A model generated the notes under the pieces. It searched no databases. It worked only from the letters and a program-made list of their open reading frames with translations, and was not told the origin of the DNA. This document shows positions 14,053 through 28,749 of a DNA stretch of 64,000 bases, piece after piece; the stretch's first letter is position 1, and every line of letters begins with the position of its first letter. The translations under genes were made by a program, and so were the position numbers. This stretch comes from Eledone cirrhosa. Lineage: Eukaryota. The DNA lies in NCBI GenBank assembly GCA_964016885.1, contig OZ024748.1, positions 54,622,001 to 54,686,000 on the forward strand, in the 5' to 3' direction.

Positions 14053-14286
14053 AAGAATGAGAAATAAAATAGATTGAGGGGACGGGCGGGATGGAATTGG
14101 AAAAAAATGTCTTTAGATAAAAATAACAGGTCCATTCATGTTGACATCTCTTGCAAAACTGTTGGTGCTGGCGTTTTGTGTATGATTTGTTATTTAGAAA
14201 AGTGGATGATGGAGCGCGTCTACCTGAAATGGAAAAAAAACCGTTTTGTAAAAAGAGCTATACTTGAGCACGTGCGTAAGCATGAG

Positions 14287-14318
<32 letters not shown>

Positions 14319-14741
14319 CATGATAAACAACACAATATAATTATTCTATTACCGAAGGTTTCAAGAAACTAGATGATTCTTGCGAGAAATATCCAGTTCA
14401 TTCGTCAAACATCGAGTGAGTGGGAAAACGATCGAAGTTTTTTCGGTCATATCCGATGACTTTGTTTCAGTATTATATATATAGGTCGTCATAATATACA
14501 CAAATATACATATTTAGACCAAATTGATATCACAATAGTTTCTTTACCTTTAAGATTGCTGAGATACTGGGAGGGGGGAGGTGTCTCCAATTTACAGACA
14601 AAAACTACGTTGACAATTCCATAATCACTGCTAAATTAACCAGACAAACACCATGTTTGCAGATGTCTGACTTTGAACATTTAAGATGGAGGCGCAGAAT
14701 TAGTTCAATTCCTATAACACATAACACTGGAACGAAACGAT

Positions 14742-14905
14742 GACTCTGCTGAGTTCCTCCGCACTTTGTCGGGTCTTTCATCCCGCAGGGTGTCCAAATA
14801 TCACCCTCCTCACCAAGCAAGCTTGATATTGCTGGTTTAGTCGCGGACGACCCGACCATGAGGCAGGTTGTACTGGGTTACATATTACCAGTAGCACTCC
14901 AGAAT
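14742..14905 (-). mobile_element. RTE-derived element, 5' fragment
   Basis: Reverse complement matches 20157-20347 and 51228-51420 (GTGCTACTGGTAA...CCCAGTACAACCTG.CTCATGGTCGGGTCGT). Confidence 0.8.
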
Positions 14906-16029
14906 GATCTCTTTCTCTCTCTCTCTCTCATAAATATATGTATATATATATGTACATACAAACACACAAACACACACACACACATATATATATATACAAA
15001 CATATGTATATATATGTATATACATACACATATATACGTGTGTTTGTGTGTGTGTGTGTCAAACACAAAAGGAACAATAACAATAATAAAAATAACAACA
15101 ATAAATGAAACAGTAACATACGATAAAACAGCCAAGCTACATGGCATCGGAATGTCCATTTTGTTCCATCGTGTTCCATTTGTCAGTGTAGGTTGTGTTG
15201 TTTGCTGTAGGCTGCAATCCAAGAACCTGTTAACACTGATATCAAACTGACATGTCACGCCAGCGCCATCTATGTAGTTTTTTTAAGAAACATTACTGAA
15301 CATTTTGACGATTGTATGCATGTATGCATGTATGTATGTATGTTGAGGTAATTTCAGTTAACATTAACATTTATATGTATGCATATATATATATATGTGT
15401 GTGTGTGTATATATATATATATATACATACACATACACAGCTATTTGTATATATACACATACACAGCTATTTATATATATATATATTTACATATACATAC
15501 ACAGCTATTTGTATATATACACATACACAGCTATTTATATATATATATATATATTTACATATACATACACAGCTATTTGTATATATATATACATACACAC
15601 CTATTTATATATATAGATATATACACACACACTCACGCACCTATTTATACATATATATATTGCTTAAAGGAAACACAATCGATAGTTTAGACAAAAGCAT
15701 TGATACACCATTGCCAGATGAATTTCGAACACAAGGGCAGGACCACTATATATCGTATTTGCCAGCAGCCATGCTAAAACAAGCTACAAGGAAATATACA
15801 TAAGTTACAGTATGTAATAGCTGTGGATAGTAAAGAAATCGATAGGAAAGAACAAATGAACGAATATCTTACTTCGTATATAGAGATATAACTGCTTTAG
15901 AAAGTTAGAGAAAAATGTTTTTAGATTGCTTTAATGAGGGAAGACTAATTATGTGATAGCGTAATTGTGGTACGCGAGCAACATCCTATTCAGCACAATT
16001 CTGGTTAATTTAGGATATTTAATCATTGG

Positions 16030-16960
16030 TGGTGCTTAACAACACTGAAAGACACTGGACTTGAGCCTAAATCGTTTGAAAGACAAGCCTGAGACTACCA
16101 TCTGGCGGTGATCCATCACTATCGGAAGCAAAAACTTTGAAGTCACCAGAGTAGAAAAGGAAGAATTCAAACGACAAGAGGAAAATGGTCGACAGGATCA
16201 ACCTCGTCCTCCATCAACATTAACATCAAGTCAATAACATCGACTCTTCCATGGCTTGACAAGATCAACATCGTTCTCCATCAAGTCAATAACATCGACT
16301 CTTCCATGGCTTGACAAGATCAACCTCGTTCTCCATCAAGTCAATAACATCGACTCTTCCATGGCTCGACAAGATCAACCTCGTTCTCCATCAAGTCAAT
16401 AACATCGACTCTTCCATGGCTCGACAAGATCAACCTCGTTCTCCATCAAATCAATAACATCGACTCTTCCATGGCTTGACAGATCAACTTCGTTCTCCAT
16501 CAAATCAATAACATCGACTCTTCCATGGCTCGACAAGATCAACCTCGTTCTCCATCAAATCAATAACATCGACTCTTCCATGGCTTGACAGATCAACTTC
16601 GTTCTCCATCAAGTCAATAACATCGACTCTTCCATGGCTCGACAAGATCAACCTCGTTCTCCATTAAATCAATAACATCGACTCTTCCATGGCTTGACAG
16701 ATCAACTTCGTTCTCCATCAAATCAATAACATCGACTCTTCCATGGCTCGACAAGATCAACCTCGTTCTCCATCAAGTCAATAACATCGACTCTTCCATG
16801 GCTTGACAAGATCAACCTCGTTCTCCATCAAGTCAATAACATCGATTCTTCCATGGCTTGACAGGATCAACCTGGTCCCCCAGCTACAATAGCATCAAGT
16901 CAATACCATCGACTCTTCCATACAATAATAGGTCAACTTATCATCAACATCAATACCGTA
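16030..16960 (+). mobile_element. Decayed RTE (BovB-like) ORF C-terminus interrupted by a tandem array
   Basis: TTLKDTGLEPKSFERQA...WR*SITIGSKNFEVTRVEKEEFKR lies upstream. SQYHRLFHTIIGQL (decayed C2H2-like tail) lies downstream. Confidence 0.55.
16227..16920. repeat. 55-bp minisatellite (~12-13 units; some 54 bp)
   Basis: Unit CAAGTCAATAACATCGACTCTTCCATGGCTTGACAAGATCAACCTCGTTCTCCAT. Confidence 0.92.
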
Positions 16961-17037
16961 AAGGAAACAATCAACAAAGAAGAGATTAAATTCTAGGAAA
17001 CGAGATAAGACCGACGGTGCTCAACAGCTGAATAGGC

Positions 17038-17192
17038 AGTCGGGGCTATGACATTATATTAGTCGGGGCTATGACATTATATTAGTCGGGGTTATGACTT
17101 TATATCAGTCGGGGCTATGAATTTCAGTCGGGGTTATGACATTTTATCAGTCGGGGCTATGACATTATATTAGTCGGGGCTATGGCATTATA
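17038..17192. repeat. 23-bp tandem repeat (~7 units)
   Basis: Unit AGTCGGGGCTATGACATTATATT. Confidence 0.88.
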
Positions 17193-17658
17193 TCGATGGC
17201 GGTTAAATAAATTGTTAGATTAAACCTCAAATACTCTACATAAAGTCAATAAGTTACCCCATGTGAAGTGTAGGTGTTTTAGTAATCCGCAAGCCCCTCC
17301 CTCCCACAAAACCTTTACCCTAGGGGTTAAGGTTTTGAACCCTCAACAATAATGGCGTGGGTTTTATTTCTAGATCGGTGGCGTCTTATGGTCTTGAGCA
17401 AGACACGCCATTTCCTGTTGTATTTCACGATAGGAGTGGTGTCTCTATCATTAAAACATCAGAGACTTTTGTAAGAGGCTAGCTAAAGGTAGATATGTGT
17501 GAGCTGTATATGTATATGTTGTATACATACATGTGTATGTATGTATAGGTATATGGATGTATTCTATGTATGCGTGTGTATCTATGTATAGGTATATGTA
17601 AGTATTGTACGTATGCATGTGTATCTATGTATAGGTATATGTATGTATATATGTATGC

Positions 17659-17698
<40 letters not shown>

Positions 17699-17988
17699 GT
17701 GTATCTATGTATAAGTATATGCATGTATATATGTATGCATGTATATATTGTATGCATGCATGTGTATCTATGTATAGGTATATGTATGCATGTATTCTAT
17801 GTAGGCATGTGTATCGATGTATAGGTATATGTATGTGTTGTATGCATGCATGTATATCTATGTATAAGTATATGCATGTATATATGTATGCATGTATATA
17901 GTGTATGCATGTGTATATATGTTTCTCGGTGTGCATGCGGTGGCTATGAAGGGGACAGATATTGAAAGAGGGATGAAGAGAAAAATTG

Positions 17989-18045
<57 letters not shown>

Positions 18046-18144
18046 TATCTCTTATCTAATTGTTCATATGTAACGCTATCTCTATCTTGGTTTTTAGCTA
18101 CTAAGCCTTCTTTTCTATCTTGCTCAATATCTACCACTATATAT

Positions 18145-18175
<31 letters not shown>

Positions 18176-18180
18176 AGGCG

Positions 18181-18487
<307 letters not shown>

Positions 18488-18603
18488 TATGTGTATTTAT
18501 CGAGAGTAAGAGAGCTTTGCTTAGGGGTAGGAAGAGAGAACGAGGGTGAGTTAGTTTTATGTTGACTCAGTATCAAGCTGGCTGTATTGAAGCCACAAAT
18601 GAA

Positions 18604-18653
<50 letters not shown>

Positions 18654-18809
18654 CTTAGCAACCATTACATTCCAAAGTCGTGCAAACAGAGCGGGATCTC
18701 TGACCGGACGAGAACACCTTGATATGTTGGGAGACAATGGTGTGCTAAATGAATTGTACACTTCTTGTGTCTAGCTGCTTTATTGCCATAGATGTCGTTG
18801 TTCTTCTGC

Positions 18810-19038
18810 TTGTTGTTGTGTTGATGGTGGTTGTTGTGGTTGTTGTGTTGACGGTAGTTTTTGTGGTGGTTGTTGTGGTTGTTGTGTTGATGGTTGTTGT
18901 TGTGGTTGTTGTGTTGACGGTAGTTTTTTTGGTGGTTGTTGTTGTGTTGGTGGTGGTTGTTGTGGTTGTTGTGTTGATGGTTGTTGTTGTGGTTGTTGTT
19001 GTGTTGATGTGTTGATGGTAGTTTTTATGGTTGTTGTT
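18810..19038. repeat. (GTT/GGT)n higher-order trinucleotide repeat
   Basis: Recurring GGTTGTTGTGGTTGTTGTGTTGA units. Confidence 0.85.
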
Positions 19039-19984
19039 ACAAGCAAGGGAATTATAGTTGTGAAAGTCCTGTCTTTTCAGACCAGTAGGATTTATTGTAT
19101 TCTCTCTGTATTTAAAATTTGGGTGTGTTTTGGATGCTATCTTTTGATGATTAGACAGCCACATGTAGGTTCCTTAATATTAGATGTCGTACTACTGTGT
19201 AAATAAAGATCTTTGTTGGTCATAGAGAGTTTTACTTCCTCGACCCTTACTAAAGCCAACACCAACAGATATTAGCTGTCAAGCAACAGGCTTCTATACT
19301 TTTTGTTGTTTTTCGGGAATGGTGTACCCCTTGTAGTGTGTATTTTTAGTAAATATACATTTTAGCTTTTCTACAAAATTTAGAGCCCCCCTTTAGGGTA
19401 GATACCAACTTTTTCTATCTAAAGACCGTAAAAAAATCGTTTTCTCTTAATTGAGCGTCTATTACCATTTTATCAGATATCGATTACAAACTTCTTCATC
19501 ACAGAAACAATATTAGTTTTAAGCTATTTATAGTATATACAAACTCTGATCGAACAAAATTGATTTGTCTAATTTGCATAACGATCATCGATCCTTGCAT
19601 GAATTAGATAAGTAATAAAAATTACTCGGTGATATAATGATTAGAAGTTTGTAGTAAATTAAAAGGTTGTGGTTTTGTGTAGACACATATCTCTATTGAG
19701 ATAATTGGAGCCTGGTGAATAAACAACTTATATCTGGCAAACCTGTCTATAGCTTAATATTCTTTCTATGGTCAGGGCGTGAGAAATAGATTTCTGATGA
19801 TGTAGGAATAAACATTGAAACCAATCAAACCGATTTCTTTATGACCTCAGAAAAAACATAGATTAAGGTAGTGGTCTATTTTTGCAGTACGACAAATATG
19901 CCCGAATGTTGGCTTATTAAAAATACGCACCACATGTTTAACTTATATATCAGTTATCCTGATTGCCGTGTTGTATTCATATAC

Positions 19985-20046
<62 letters not shown>

Positions 20047-20156
20047 AAGTGTATGTATGCATGTATGTGTGCATAAGCATGTATGTTTGTATATTCTGTA
20101 TGTATTGCACATATGTAGATATGATTATGTATGTATGAATGTACGTATTTATTTAT

Positions 20157-20347
20157 GTCAGGTCGCTCTGGAGTGCTACTGGTAACATGTAACCCAGTAC
20201 AACCTATTTCATGGTCGGGTCGTCAGCGACTTAACCGGCAACTCCACCAAGCTTGCTTGGTGAGGGGGTGATATTTGGACACCCAGCGGGATGAATACAA
20301 GACCTGACGAATGGCGGAGGAACTCAGCAGAGTCAACGGCCATCCAA
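20157..20347 (+). mobile_element. RTE-derived element, 5' fragment
   Basis: Starts GTCAGGTC like the 51228 copy and is collinear with it through AGAGTCAA.GGCCATCCAAA. Confidence 0.8.
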
Positions 20348-20683
20348 ATAGTCGTTTTTTGTTGTTATTTTCACCTGTGAGTTAAAGGCCTCCAGTTACA
20401 GCACCTTTCTAAGAGAGGGAAACTTTGACCCCCCCCCCCCCCAAAAAAAACCCCTACGGTTTCGGAAGCAGTTCTCCTTTTAGGGTAGTGTTTTCGATGC
20501 TCAGAGAGTGGGATTGGTCGAGTGCAATGTCCTTCCCCGCTTAAAAAAACCTTCAAAGCACAGCCATTGCTTCTTCAGGATATATTACAGGTTCGTGTGC
20601 TTGGCTGTAGCCTAAATGTGCACTGAACTCTATAATCCGACAAGCGATTGCAATACTCTTAGCAGAGTTTGCAGCCATCATTT

Positions 20684-20815
20684 ATGTATGTATGTATGCA
20701 TGCATGTATGTATGTATGTATGTATGTATGTATGTATGTATGTATGTATGTATGTATGTATGTATGTATGTATGTATGTATGTATGTATGTATGTATGCA
20801 GGTATGTATGTATGA
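20684..20815. repeat. (TATG)n microsatellite
   Basis: Direct inspection. Confidence 0.9.
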
Positions 20816-20954
20816 GTGAGTGTGTGTATGTACAATGTTTATTTTCACAACGGAATTAAATAGGTGTTTATTAAACATATTCTATGAAATTTCATTCACG
20901 TCTTTATTCATAACCAACGCTTCCAACCCTCAATCTATCTTATTTCTCATTCTT

Positions 20955-20990
20955 TCTTCTGATGAAGGACCAGCGTCCGAAACGTTAAGA
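20955..20990 (+). ncRNA. Minimal type I hammerhead ribozyme, family A (Penelope-like)
   Basis: TCTT-CTGATGA-A-GGAC-cagc-GTCC-GAAA-CGT-T-AAGA: intact core, 4-bp stems I and II, palindromic ACGT stem III. Confidence 0.75.
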
Positions 20991-21084
20991 CCCTCATATA
21001 CTGTACCGATTGTGTTATTTCTGTTTACCTTTAACCCCCCCCCCATATATATATTGAAAAATAAAAAAATTATATATATATAGC

Positions 21085-21135
21085 TTTCCTGATGATTTCC
21101 TTCGAATGAAACAGTTCTAGTTGTATAGGAGCCAT
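21085..21135 (+). ncRNA. Atypical hammerhead-like motif, family B
   Basis: TTTC-CTGATGA-TTTC-cttc-GAAT-GAAAC-AGTTCTA-GTT, immediately after a TA run. Confidence 0.4.
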
Positions 21136-22288
21136 TTCTATATTAAATCTGTTATATATATAGATTTTCCATTTCTCCGAGGGCTCTTAACCCCACTATC
21201 AGGCTAAATAATTTCTTTAATTTCTTTAGTCAAAATACGGCGATAGCTTACATTTCTAATAATTTCAAACCCACTCGCTGTTTCGAAAATATTCTGACAT
21301 ATATATATATATTGTTGGATAAATACTCTATTGGGGCCACCGCGAAGAGGCCACTTTCGGTTATTTGTCGGAGATTTCTTCATAAGAGCCTTTATTCTTA
21401 TAGCTTGGTCTAATTGATTTTTTATATGGTTAATTATGCTGATTGGGAGAGGAAATGGTGTATATTTTATCTAATAATTCTAAAGACATGATTTATGATA
21501 TATGTATATATATGTTTATGTAATATGCCATAAAAACTACGTCCTACTACTCCTTAATCAGGTGTCTTCAAAACATATCCACTTATGTATGCGTGTGATT
21601 GCCTCTGTTTGTGTATGATTGTAAAACTGGGCTAGGTCGAATGTGTATTAATTTTACCTGAATGAAGCGAATGATTAGGCGGTAATGGTGGTATGACTGT
21701 GTGGAGGTTACACACTTTGGAGCAGGAAGGAAGAAAAACATGACAGACAGAGAGAGAGAGGGGGAGAGAACAAAGTGGATAGTAAAATTATGAGAGGGAA
21801 GAGAGTGGAAGACAATGTCAGAGAGAGAGAGAGAGAGAGGGGGGTAGGGTCAGGTGAAAGTTTAAGATAAGGAAGGAAAGTGAGAGTGAGTGAAAATAAA
21901 AAAAGAGTATGATAATGTAGTAGTAGTAGAGAGAGGAGGGGGAGAGTGAATATAAAATAAGGAGTGTAAGATAAAGTAGAAGAGAACAAGGGAGATAAAA
22001 CATAAGACAGAAGGGAGTAAGAGGGGGGGGGGGTCTGCCTGTGTGTATGTACTTATGTGTGTGTATGTACGTGTGTGTGCGTGTGCGTGTGTGCGCATGT
22101 GTATGCGTGTGGACGTGTATGTGTGTACGTGCTAAAAGGCGGGATAATATAAAGAACACGTGAACAATTCATCAGACAGCGTCGTTTAAACAATGTAGAT
22201 TTCACTGTGTACTTCCTGTGGAGGATAACACCTTTATTGACACACACACATACACACACTATTGCATACATACATACACACAACTTTG

Positions 22289-22331
<43 letters not shown>

Positions 22332-23159
22332 TTTGTATACACGCATAACTTTGTATACATGCACACACCTTTGCATGCATACAAACATCTTTGCACACAC
22401 ACACACACCTTTCCATACATACACACACACCTTTGCATACATACACACACAACTTTACATACATACACACACACACACACCTTTGTATATATACATATAT
22501 TTGCATACATACACACATTTTTGCACACATATACACCTTTGCATATATACACATATACACCTTTGCATATATACACATTTATATACATATACTTACACGC
22601 ACACACTCGTAAAAGAAGAAAGACTAAGCACCTCTCACAGATGTGCTATACTAATAAATTTGCATATAGTTAAATGGAGGTTTGGTTTACATATTTCTGT
22701 TAACTCTTAACTTCCATTACTACATGAAACCGCAGTAGCCATATAATCTTCAAAAGTATAAAACATCAATATGACCGCATATATTGTATAGGCTTCCATA
22801 TACGTTTCTGTTATGAATCACGCCGTGTTAGTACTATTGGTTTCTGATTGAGGCACAAGACCAACAAAGTTGACCTTGGTGGGATTTGGACCGAGAACGT
22901 ATAGAATCGTAAGAAATGCTATGTAAAGTGGTTGGTCTAAGGAAGGACATCCATGCTCCTAGTACACCCTGTGAAGTGATTGGTTGAACATGACCTAGTC
23001 ACATGATTGGTTTGACCCTAGCATGTGACAGCTAACACACAAAATAAATGTCATATGACGATGATGGTGTATGTGTGTGAGAGAGAGATAAGAAAAGAGA
23101 AGCAAGCATCTCTCTGATATTCTAATGATTCTGTTAATTCATTGCTCTCTGCCAAATGA

Positions 23160-23645
23160 TAATTTAAGCAGAAAGCCAACAATGTATTTTTAGGTGCGGG
23201 GAGTCGATTAAATCTACCTCAGTGTGTTACTGGTACTTTATTTTATCGACCCCGTAAGGATGAAAGGCAAAGCCAGCCTCGGCGAGATTCGAACTCGGAA
23301 CGTAAAGGGTCGCAAAGCATGTTGTCCAACGCTCTAATGATTCTGCCAATACACCACCATTCTGGCCAAGTAATAATTATAATAACGAGAGCTCACTGTC
23401 TCCTTTCCCTAATATTTTCTAAGGAACAATGCCCTCTGCCAAATGATAATTTAGGTACAAGGCCAACAACGTTTTTTTTTTAGGGCGGAGTCGATTAAAT
23501 CGACCCCAATGCGTTAGTGGGACTTCATTTTATCGACCCCGTAAGGATGAAATGCGAAGCTAACTTCGGTGTGATTAGAACTCATAACGACGAAATTCCT
23601 AACTAATTACCGCAAAGCATGTTGTCCAACGCTCTACCAATCCAG
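23160..23645 (-). mobile_element. Two tandem SINE family 1 copies (long-tail type)
   Basis: Copies at about 23165-23360 and 23445-23645 both contain TTTTATCGACCCCGTAAGGATGAAA and a B-box, and both are preceded by CTCTGCCAAATGATAATTTA. Confidence 0.85.
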
Positions 23646-23684
23646 CTGATTAATAACAATCATCCACAACATAGATAGTGAGTG

Positions 23685-24010
23685 AATATCAGTTTCGAGA
23701 AATGCCATCCTTTGACGTTTTTCTCATACATGGGTTTCACGAATATGACATTTTAGCCTCCAAGGACTTGGATTCCTTTCTGCATATGCTGCAATGAGAG
23801 AAAAAAGTTGTCTAGGTCATGTAATGCCGGTTTTTGAAGCTTTTTAAGTGAAGAAAGACCTTGAACTGGTTCAATCCCCTTTTCTGAACAACGGTGATAG
23901 GTATCCAAAAGGAGGGACAGGTCAACATCCTTGGCTGCCATCGAGTCGTAGGTTTTACATCGGTTTTCCTTCTCCTACAATGATGTCCTAACAAGAACTA
24001 CGGGTTTCTC
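23685..24010 (-). mobile_element. Non-autonomous RTE-derived element
   Basis: Minus strand GTAGGAGAAGGAAAAC...GATGTTGACCTGTCC...TCACTTAAAAAGCTTCA... ending GATGGCATTTCTCGAAAC. Homologous to 11745-12040 and 51465-51840. Confidence 0.7.
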
Positions 24011-24073
24011 ACTAACCGTTGGCTAACCGCGCGCTTGGGCACCAAACCGAGTATGCTCATGACCCCACGCATT

Positions 24074-24267
<194 letters not shown>

Positions 24268-24409
24268 TAGATAGACAGATTTGAATCAACTTAGTTTGCA
24301 GGAGTTCACTCCTTTGTTTCCTTGGAAACGCCCAAATGAAGTTTGAGTTTTGAAATTTCAAAGATAGATGATTAAAGTTTTTACACTCGCCATATTTAGA
24401 TACTATATA

Positions 24410-26418
24410 CACCCATTCCTTCATTCTTCTACCCATCCACTCACCCATTCATTCCTTCCTTCATTCTTCTACCCATCCACTCACCCATTCATTCCTTCCT
24501 TCATTCTTCTACCCATCCACTCACCCATTCATTCCTTCCTTCATTCTTCTACCCATCCACTCACCCATTCATTAATTCCTTCATTCTTCTACCCATCCAC
24601 TCACCCAATCATTAATTCCTTCATTCTTCTACCCATCCACTCACCCAATCATTAATTCCTTCATTCTTCTACCCATCCACTCACCCATTCATTAATTCCT
24701 TCCTTCATTCTTCTACCCATCCACTCACCCATTCATTAATTCCTTCATTCTTCTACCCATTCACTCACCCAATCATTAATTCCTTCATTCTTCTACCCAT
24801 CCACTCACCCATTCATTAATTCCTTCCTTCATTCTTCTACCCATCCACTCACCCATTCATTAATTCCTTCCTTCATTCTTCTACCCATCCACTCACCCAT
24901 TCATTAATTCCTACATTCTTCTACCCATCCACTCACCCATTCACCCATTCATTAATTCCTTCATTCTTCTACCCATCCACTCACCCATTCATTAATTCCT
25001 TCATTCTTCTACCCATCCACTCACCCATTCATTAATTCCTTCATTCTTCTACCCATCCACTCACCCATTCATTAATTCCTTCCTTCATTCTTCTACCCAT
25101 CCACTCATCCATTCATTAATTCCTTCCTTCATTCTTCTACCCATCCACTCACCCATTCATTAATTCCTTCATTCTTCTACCCATCCACTCACCCATTCAT
25201 TAATTCCTTCCTTCATTCTTCTACCCATCCACTCACCCATTCATTAATTCCTTCATTCTTCTACCCATCCACTCACCCATTCATTAATTCCTTCATTCTT
25301 CTACCCATCCACTCACCCATTCACCCATTCATTAATTCCTTCATTCTTCTACCCATCCACTCACCCATTCATTAATTCCTTCCTTCATTCTTCTACCCAT
25401 CCACTCACCCATTCATTAATTCCTTCATTCTTCTACCCATCCACTCACCCATTCATTAATTCCTTCCTTCATTCTTCTACCCATCCACTCACCCATTCAT
25501 TAATTCCTTCCTTCATTCTTCTACCCATCCACTCACCCATTCATTAATTCCTTCCTTCATTCTTCTACCCATCCACTCACCCATTCATTAATTCCTTCAT
25601 TCTTCTACCCATCCACTCACCCATTCATTAATTCCTTCATTCATTCTTCTACCCATCCACTCACCCATTCATTAATTCCTTCATTCTTCTACCCATCCAC
25701 TCACCCATTCATTAATTCCTTCATTCTTCTACCCATCCACTCACCCATTCATTAATTCCTTCATTCTTCTACCCATCCACCCACCCAATCATTAATTCCT
25801 TCATTCTTCTACCCATCCACTCACCCATTCATTAATTCCTTCCTTCATTCTTCTACCCATCCACTCACCCAATCATTAATTCCTTCATTCTTCTACCCAT
25901 CCACTCACCCATTCATTAATTCCTTCATTCTTCTACCCATCCACTCACCCATTCATTAATTCCTTCATTCATTCTTCTACCCATCCACTCACCCATTCAT
26001 TAATTCCTTCATTCTTCTACCCATCCACTCACCCATTCATTAATTCCTTCCTTCATTCTTCTACCCATCCACTCACCCATTCATTAATTCCTTCCTTCAT
26101 TCTTCTACCCATCCACTCACCCATTCATTAATTCCTTCATTCTTCTACCCATCCACTCACCCATTCATTAATTCCTTCCTTCATTCTTCTACCCATCCAC
26201 TCACCCATTCATTAATTCCTTCCTTCATTCTTCTACCCACCCACTCACCCATTCATTAATTCCTTCATTCTTCTACCCACCCACTCACCCATTTATTATT
26301 CCTTCATTCTTCTACCCACCCACTCACCCATTTATTATTCCTTCATTCTTCTACCCATCCACTCACCCATTCATTAATTCCTTCCTTGATTATTCTACCT
26401 ACCCACTCACCCATTCAT
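24410..26418. repeat. 40/44-bp pyrimidine-rich minisatellite (~48 units)
   Basis: Unit CCTTCATTCTTCTACCCATCCACTCACCCATTCATTAATT, with variants carrying an extra CCTT. Confidence 0.95.
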
Positions 26419-26654
26419 ACGTAGACACATATAGCATATCATAACATAATATAGATATGGGTGTATAAAAATTGATCAATGATAAGGAACTAACCAACTC
26501 ATATTTAGTGTCTCAACTTAATGCACTACCCTGAAACGTATGCGGCTGATCGCCTGAATGATCAAAGCCAGCTCACTGAACAGCTATATGATCCTATTTC
26601 ACAAGTTTTCAAATGACCATGATGATGACTTTGATAATAATTATATATATATAT

Positions 26655-26704
26655 TACTCTTTTACCTGTTTCAGCCATCCGGCTGAGGCCATGCTGGGGC
26701 ACCG

Positions 26705-26707
<3 letters not shown>
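26655..26707 (-). mobile_element. Retroposon 3' tail fragment
   Basis: Minus strand GGCGGTGCCCCAGCATGGCC...CTGAAACAGGTAAAAGAGTAA resembles a common cephalopod SINE tail (from memory). Embedded in (TA)n. Confidence 0.55.
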
Positions 26708-26743
<36 letters not shown>

Positions 26744-26745
26744 TA

Positions 26746-26779
<34 letters not shown>

Positions 26780-26863
26780 CACACATATATATATATATAT
26801 ATACACATATATATATATACACATATATATATATATATATACACATCATATATATATATATAT

Positions 26864-26916
<53 letters not shown>

Positions 26917-26951
26917 TATATATATATATATACACACACATATATATATAC

Positions 26952-26984
<33 letters not shown>

Positions 26985-26989
26985 CACAC

Positions 26990-27064
<75 letters not shown>

Positions 27065-27419
27065 CACACACACATATATATATAATATGTACACAGGTAA
27101 GGTAGAAAATTAAATACTTTCAGGTGTCTACTGACAAAGAAAGGATAATATCACCAGGTAGATCACATTAATGCGTACTGATTGCAATCCTATATCTCCT
27201 TTATGCTTATCTGCCTTTATTGATATATAAATATATACACACATACATACATACATACGCCTGCACACAAAAGTATACATACATGTATGTATATACGCAC
27301 ATAAATACACACACACACATAGAGAATACACACACACACACACATAGAGAAATAGATAGATAGATATGTTTATATATATGTGTGTGTATATATATGTATA
27401 TATATATATGTATATATTT

Positions 27420-27461
<42 letters not shown>

Positions 27462-28749
27462 ATAATGTGTCCACATACATTCTTAAGCAATCATAGACTC
27501 AAACATGCTCATGCGTTTGCAATGAAGTACACAGGTGAACGTGTATTTTAAATCCTTCTTAATCTGTGTGTTCATGTGAAATAACTGTAAACCCTCAAGA
27601 TTTGTGGACATGCATTGCCTCTAAAATTGAAGTGTCAATGACCCCTGACCTCTCTCTTCACGGTTGGTCACTTTATGTGGGTTTTATTTTGGTGACAATT
27701 CATAACCTTTACTTTATAAAATCTTATTCTGCATCTAAGACTACCATCTTTGAGTTTTTAAATTGACATTCGGCCATTAGTCTTTCTTTTTGTTCACTCA
27801 TCCGGCACGCCTTACAAATCCTCTCAGATCACGAATTGTTCCATATCCTGGACAATGAATGTACTGCGATTCATTGTTGTTGTGGTGGTTGTGGAGTGAA
27901 TTTTGTTGCTGTTACTTAGCTCTATATTAGCCCAGGTCAAGCAGCTCCATACTTAAAGTCGGTTTAACTGTGGATATTTTTTCTACAGACAAAATACAGT
28001 TGGGACTAAATGATCTCATATGCCTTTCCTTTTGTAAAGAATTTGTGTTATAGACGAAGTTGGATAAAGTGGCATTGGTAATATGGAGATGACTGCTAAT
28101 CATTTTAAGAACAGGCTGTACCAACATAATTATACGTTTAGAATTTTGCAAAGCAGATTACACACAAGAGTAGCAACAACCAGCATATGATCTTTGAGAA
28201 CTAACAATATTCCCCATATTCTGGAATCCCGATTCTTAAGGAAAACACAAGCTTATGAACAATGAAATGGTCTCTGGTTCCTTGAATGTTAGGAACATCT
28301 TCAATCCTGAAACTCTAAACCCAAACAGTAAATAATTAATTTCTTCGTGCCCTCACATGCAGGAAAACTATCTTAAATACTGTAACTTTATGGATGGGTT
28401 AGCTATCCTGTTGTTATTGTTTCTATAAACACAGTTTTTCTTCAAATAATATCATTTGGTTACTTAATAAGTAATAACGTTTGTGAGATCTATCTTACTT
28501 AGTAAATGCCAGGTATTACCCGAAATAAAGGAACATACATTCATACAAAATATTCAATGATGATGATGATGATGATCTTCTTTTTTTTTGTTTCTTCTTC
28601 TTTTTCTTTTTTCTTCTTTTTTCTTTCTTTTTTTTCTTCTTTTTTTTTCTTTTTTCTTTTTCTTTTTCTTTTTCTTTTTTTCTTTTTTTTTCTTTCTTTC
28701 TTTTTTCTTTTTTCTTTCTTTCTTTCTTTCTTTCTTTATTTCTTCTCAT

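Noticed and set aside
16227-16920. CRISPR-like appearance of the 55-, 27-, 40- and 51-bp arrays
   Set aside because: Units are contiguous with no unique spacers, there are no cas genes, and the context is eukaryotic.
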